Shown: one piece after another, positions 44,561 to 46,021 of the stretch
How positions within the stretch are numbered: position 1 is the stretch's first letter
Layout: the number at the start of each line of letters is the position of its first letter
Source: a virus
Taxonomy: Duplodnaviria; Caudoviricetes
DNA length: 46,021 nucleotides
Virus record (IMG/VR): IMGVR_UViG_3300033475_000050
Span: 1 to 46,021 of that record
Reading direction: 5' to 3' (one strand)
The notes under the pieces: generated by a model
The model's database searches: none
What the model was told of the DNA's origin: nothing
What the model saw: the letters and a program-made list of their open reading frames with translations, nothing else
Made by a program: the position numbers and the translations under genes

Positions 44561-45070
44561 ATGTTCCGCAGGATTGCTGCACCGCTCTCGCTGTCTCTGG
44601 TTGGCCTTCTCTTCATGGCGGCCGCCGCTTTCGCTCAGGTCCCGACCGCGCCGACTCCGCCGTACAATCAGGACCTCGGCGCTCTGCTCACGAACACCAA
44701 CCGCGCCGCTAGCACGGTCCGCTCGGCCACGCAGAACAACCTCGCCTTCACCGGTGTGATCTGCGTGCTCAACGAGACCGCGCACTCCGGCTCGCCCAGC
44801 ACGACCATCGCGCTGGACGCGTTCGACGCTGCTTCGCAGACGTGGAACACTTTCGTGACCTCCACGATTGCGACCACGGGCAGCGCCGGTAGCCAGTCGC
44901 CGACGGCGATCATTGCCGTGAAGCCCGGCATCCAGACGTCGTCGCTTCCGACCGGTTGGACCGCGCTGAACATGCAGGTGCCGCGCACGTGGCGCATTAC
45001 GCAGGTGATCACCGGCACCGGCTTCTCGCCGGGCTCGACGAGCACCGTCGGCTGCAACTACTTGCGCTAA
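44561..45070 (+). CDS. Signal-peptide-bearing Thr/Ser-rich protein
   Basis: AAGGAG RBS; MFRRIAAPLSLSLVGLLFMAAAAFA-Q Sec-type signal; beta-rich mature part. Confidence 0.72.
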   Translation: MFRRIAAPLSLSLVGLLFMAAAAFAQVPTAPTPPYNQDLGALLTNTNRAASTVRSATQNNLAFTGVICVLNETAHSGSPSTTIALDAFDAASQTWNTFVTSTIATTGSAGSQSPTAIIAVKPGIQTSSLPTGWTALNMQVPRTWRITQVITGTGFSPGSTSTVGCNYLR

Positions 45071-45081
45071 GGAGCTTTCCC

Positions 45082-46021
45082 GTGAACGTAGGTCTCCTCG
45101 GGTTTGTTGTAACGGCTGCGTACTTGCCCGGCGTGATGGACTCTTCGGTTCTCCCACGCTGGGCTCTTCTCGCGGTGCTCGCGCCGATGCTCTTGTTCAA
45201 TCGGCCGATCCGGCAAACCAGCGCGCATGTCTGGTGGGGGCTCTTCCTCGCCTACTGCGCCGCTTCCGCGCTCTGGGCGTTCTCGCCTTGGGACGCGCTT
45301 GGAGACCTCGCGCACTGGCTCATCGCGTTCGTTGTCTTCCTCGGCGCCGCCGAGGACGACGATCCGGGCTCAGCGTGGGACGGTATCGCCCTCGGGTTGA
45401 TACCGTCCCTCATTATCAGCGTCTTCCAGCTTAGCGGCTTTCAGTACATCGTACAGTCCGCCTCCAGCATGCCGACGGGACTCTTCCTCAATCGCGACTT
45501 TATGGTTGAGGCGGCGACGATCGCCTTTGTTGGCACAGCATGGCGGCGACATTGGCTCCTCTCGCTGGTACCGCTCGCGATCATCGTGATGTCGGGCTAT
45601 CGCGGCGCCTACGTCGAGCTTGGCGTTGTGGCGGCGATTCTTTGCCTCGCCCGGCTCCGGCAAACGGGCCACCGGAAGCTTCCAATCATTCTGGCGGCGC
45701 TGACCCCGCCCCTCATGCTCGCCGCGCTCTACGTCGACCTCTGGGCCAACCCGGGCCGGGCGCCGAGCATCAACAACCGCCTCGAAATGTGGCAGGTCGT
45801 GATCTTCAATTTCGTACCCTTCGGCTGGGGCCTCGGCACGATCGTCGATCAGATCGAATACGTCCACAGCGAGCCGCTACAGTTCATTCTGGAGCTAGGG
45901 ATCGGCGCCCTCCTCCTCCTCGCCCTTTTCATCGCCGCGTTCCGGGGGAAAGACAATGGACTCCGACTTGTTCTCGCGGTGGTCGCGGTCGACGCACTCT
46001 TCTACTTCCCGCTTCACCTAC
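45082..46021 (+). CDS. O-antigen ligase/O-oligosaccharyltransferase (Wzy_C)-like membrane protein, 3'-truncated
   Basis: Own translation from GTG 45082 (missing from the ORF track): many TM helices, PTGLFLN, SGYRGA, RLEMW...PFGWGLG, HSEPLQFILELG. Confidence 0.8.
   Translation, partial: MNVGLLGFVVTAAYLPGVMDSSVLPRWALLAVLAPMLLFNRPIRQTSAHVWWGLFLAYCAASALWAFSPWDALGDLAHWLIAFVVFLGAAEDDDPGSAWDGIALGLIPSLIISVFQLSGFQYIVQSASSMPTGLFLNRDFMVEAATIAFVGTAWRRHWLLSLVPLAIIVMSGYRGAYVELGVVAAILCLARLRQTGHRKLPIILAALTPPLMLAALYVDLWANPGRAPSINNRLEMWQVVIFNFVPFGWGLGTIVDQIEYVHSEPLQFILELGIGALLLLALFIAAFRGKDNGLRLVLAVVAVDALFYFPLHL

Noticed and set aside
1-46021. Prophage/integration functions or alternative genetic code
   Set aside because: No integrase, repressor or host flank was seen. 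Genes end at TAA, TAG and TGA with tight coupling, consistent with the standard code.

Overview
A 46 kb segment of a GC-rich dsDNA tailed phage genome. All credible genes are on the + strand and I see no integrase. The host is possibly an alphaproteobacterium (inference from the regulator and accessory families). Layout: (1) 1-14.8 kb replication/recombination module: 2OG-Fe(II) hydroxylase, HNH nuclease, sliding clamp, UDG-fused family A polymerase, DNA methyltransferase, clamp loader, UvsY-like protein, gp32-like SSB, RecA, resolvase, SbcD/SbcC. (2) 14.8-32 kb accessory block with regulators, terminase subunits, tRNA-Met(CAT) and several structured non-coding regions. (3) 32-46 kb head module: portal fused to an inorganic-pyrophosphatase-like domain, FkbM methyltransferase, TPR-glycosyltransferase, Thr/Ser-rich structural proteins, multi-module proteins with xxD linkers, gpF-like minor head protein, a secreted protein and an O-antigen-ligase-like gene. 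The most notable observations are two tandem circularly permuted tRNA-like (Y-RNA-like) modules at 25231-25387 directly upstream of a nucleotidyltransferase-like gene, two separate non-coding regions sharing one hairpin, a putative virion glycosylation system, and putative protease-processed head polyproteins, one carrying a HiPIP-like domain. All family calls are from motif recognition by eye; no database searches were run.
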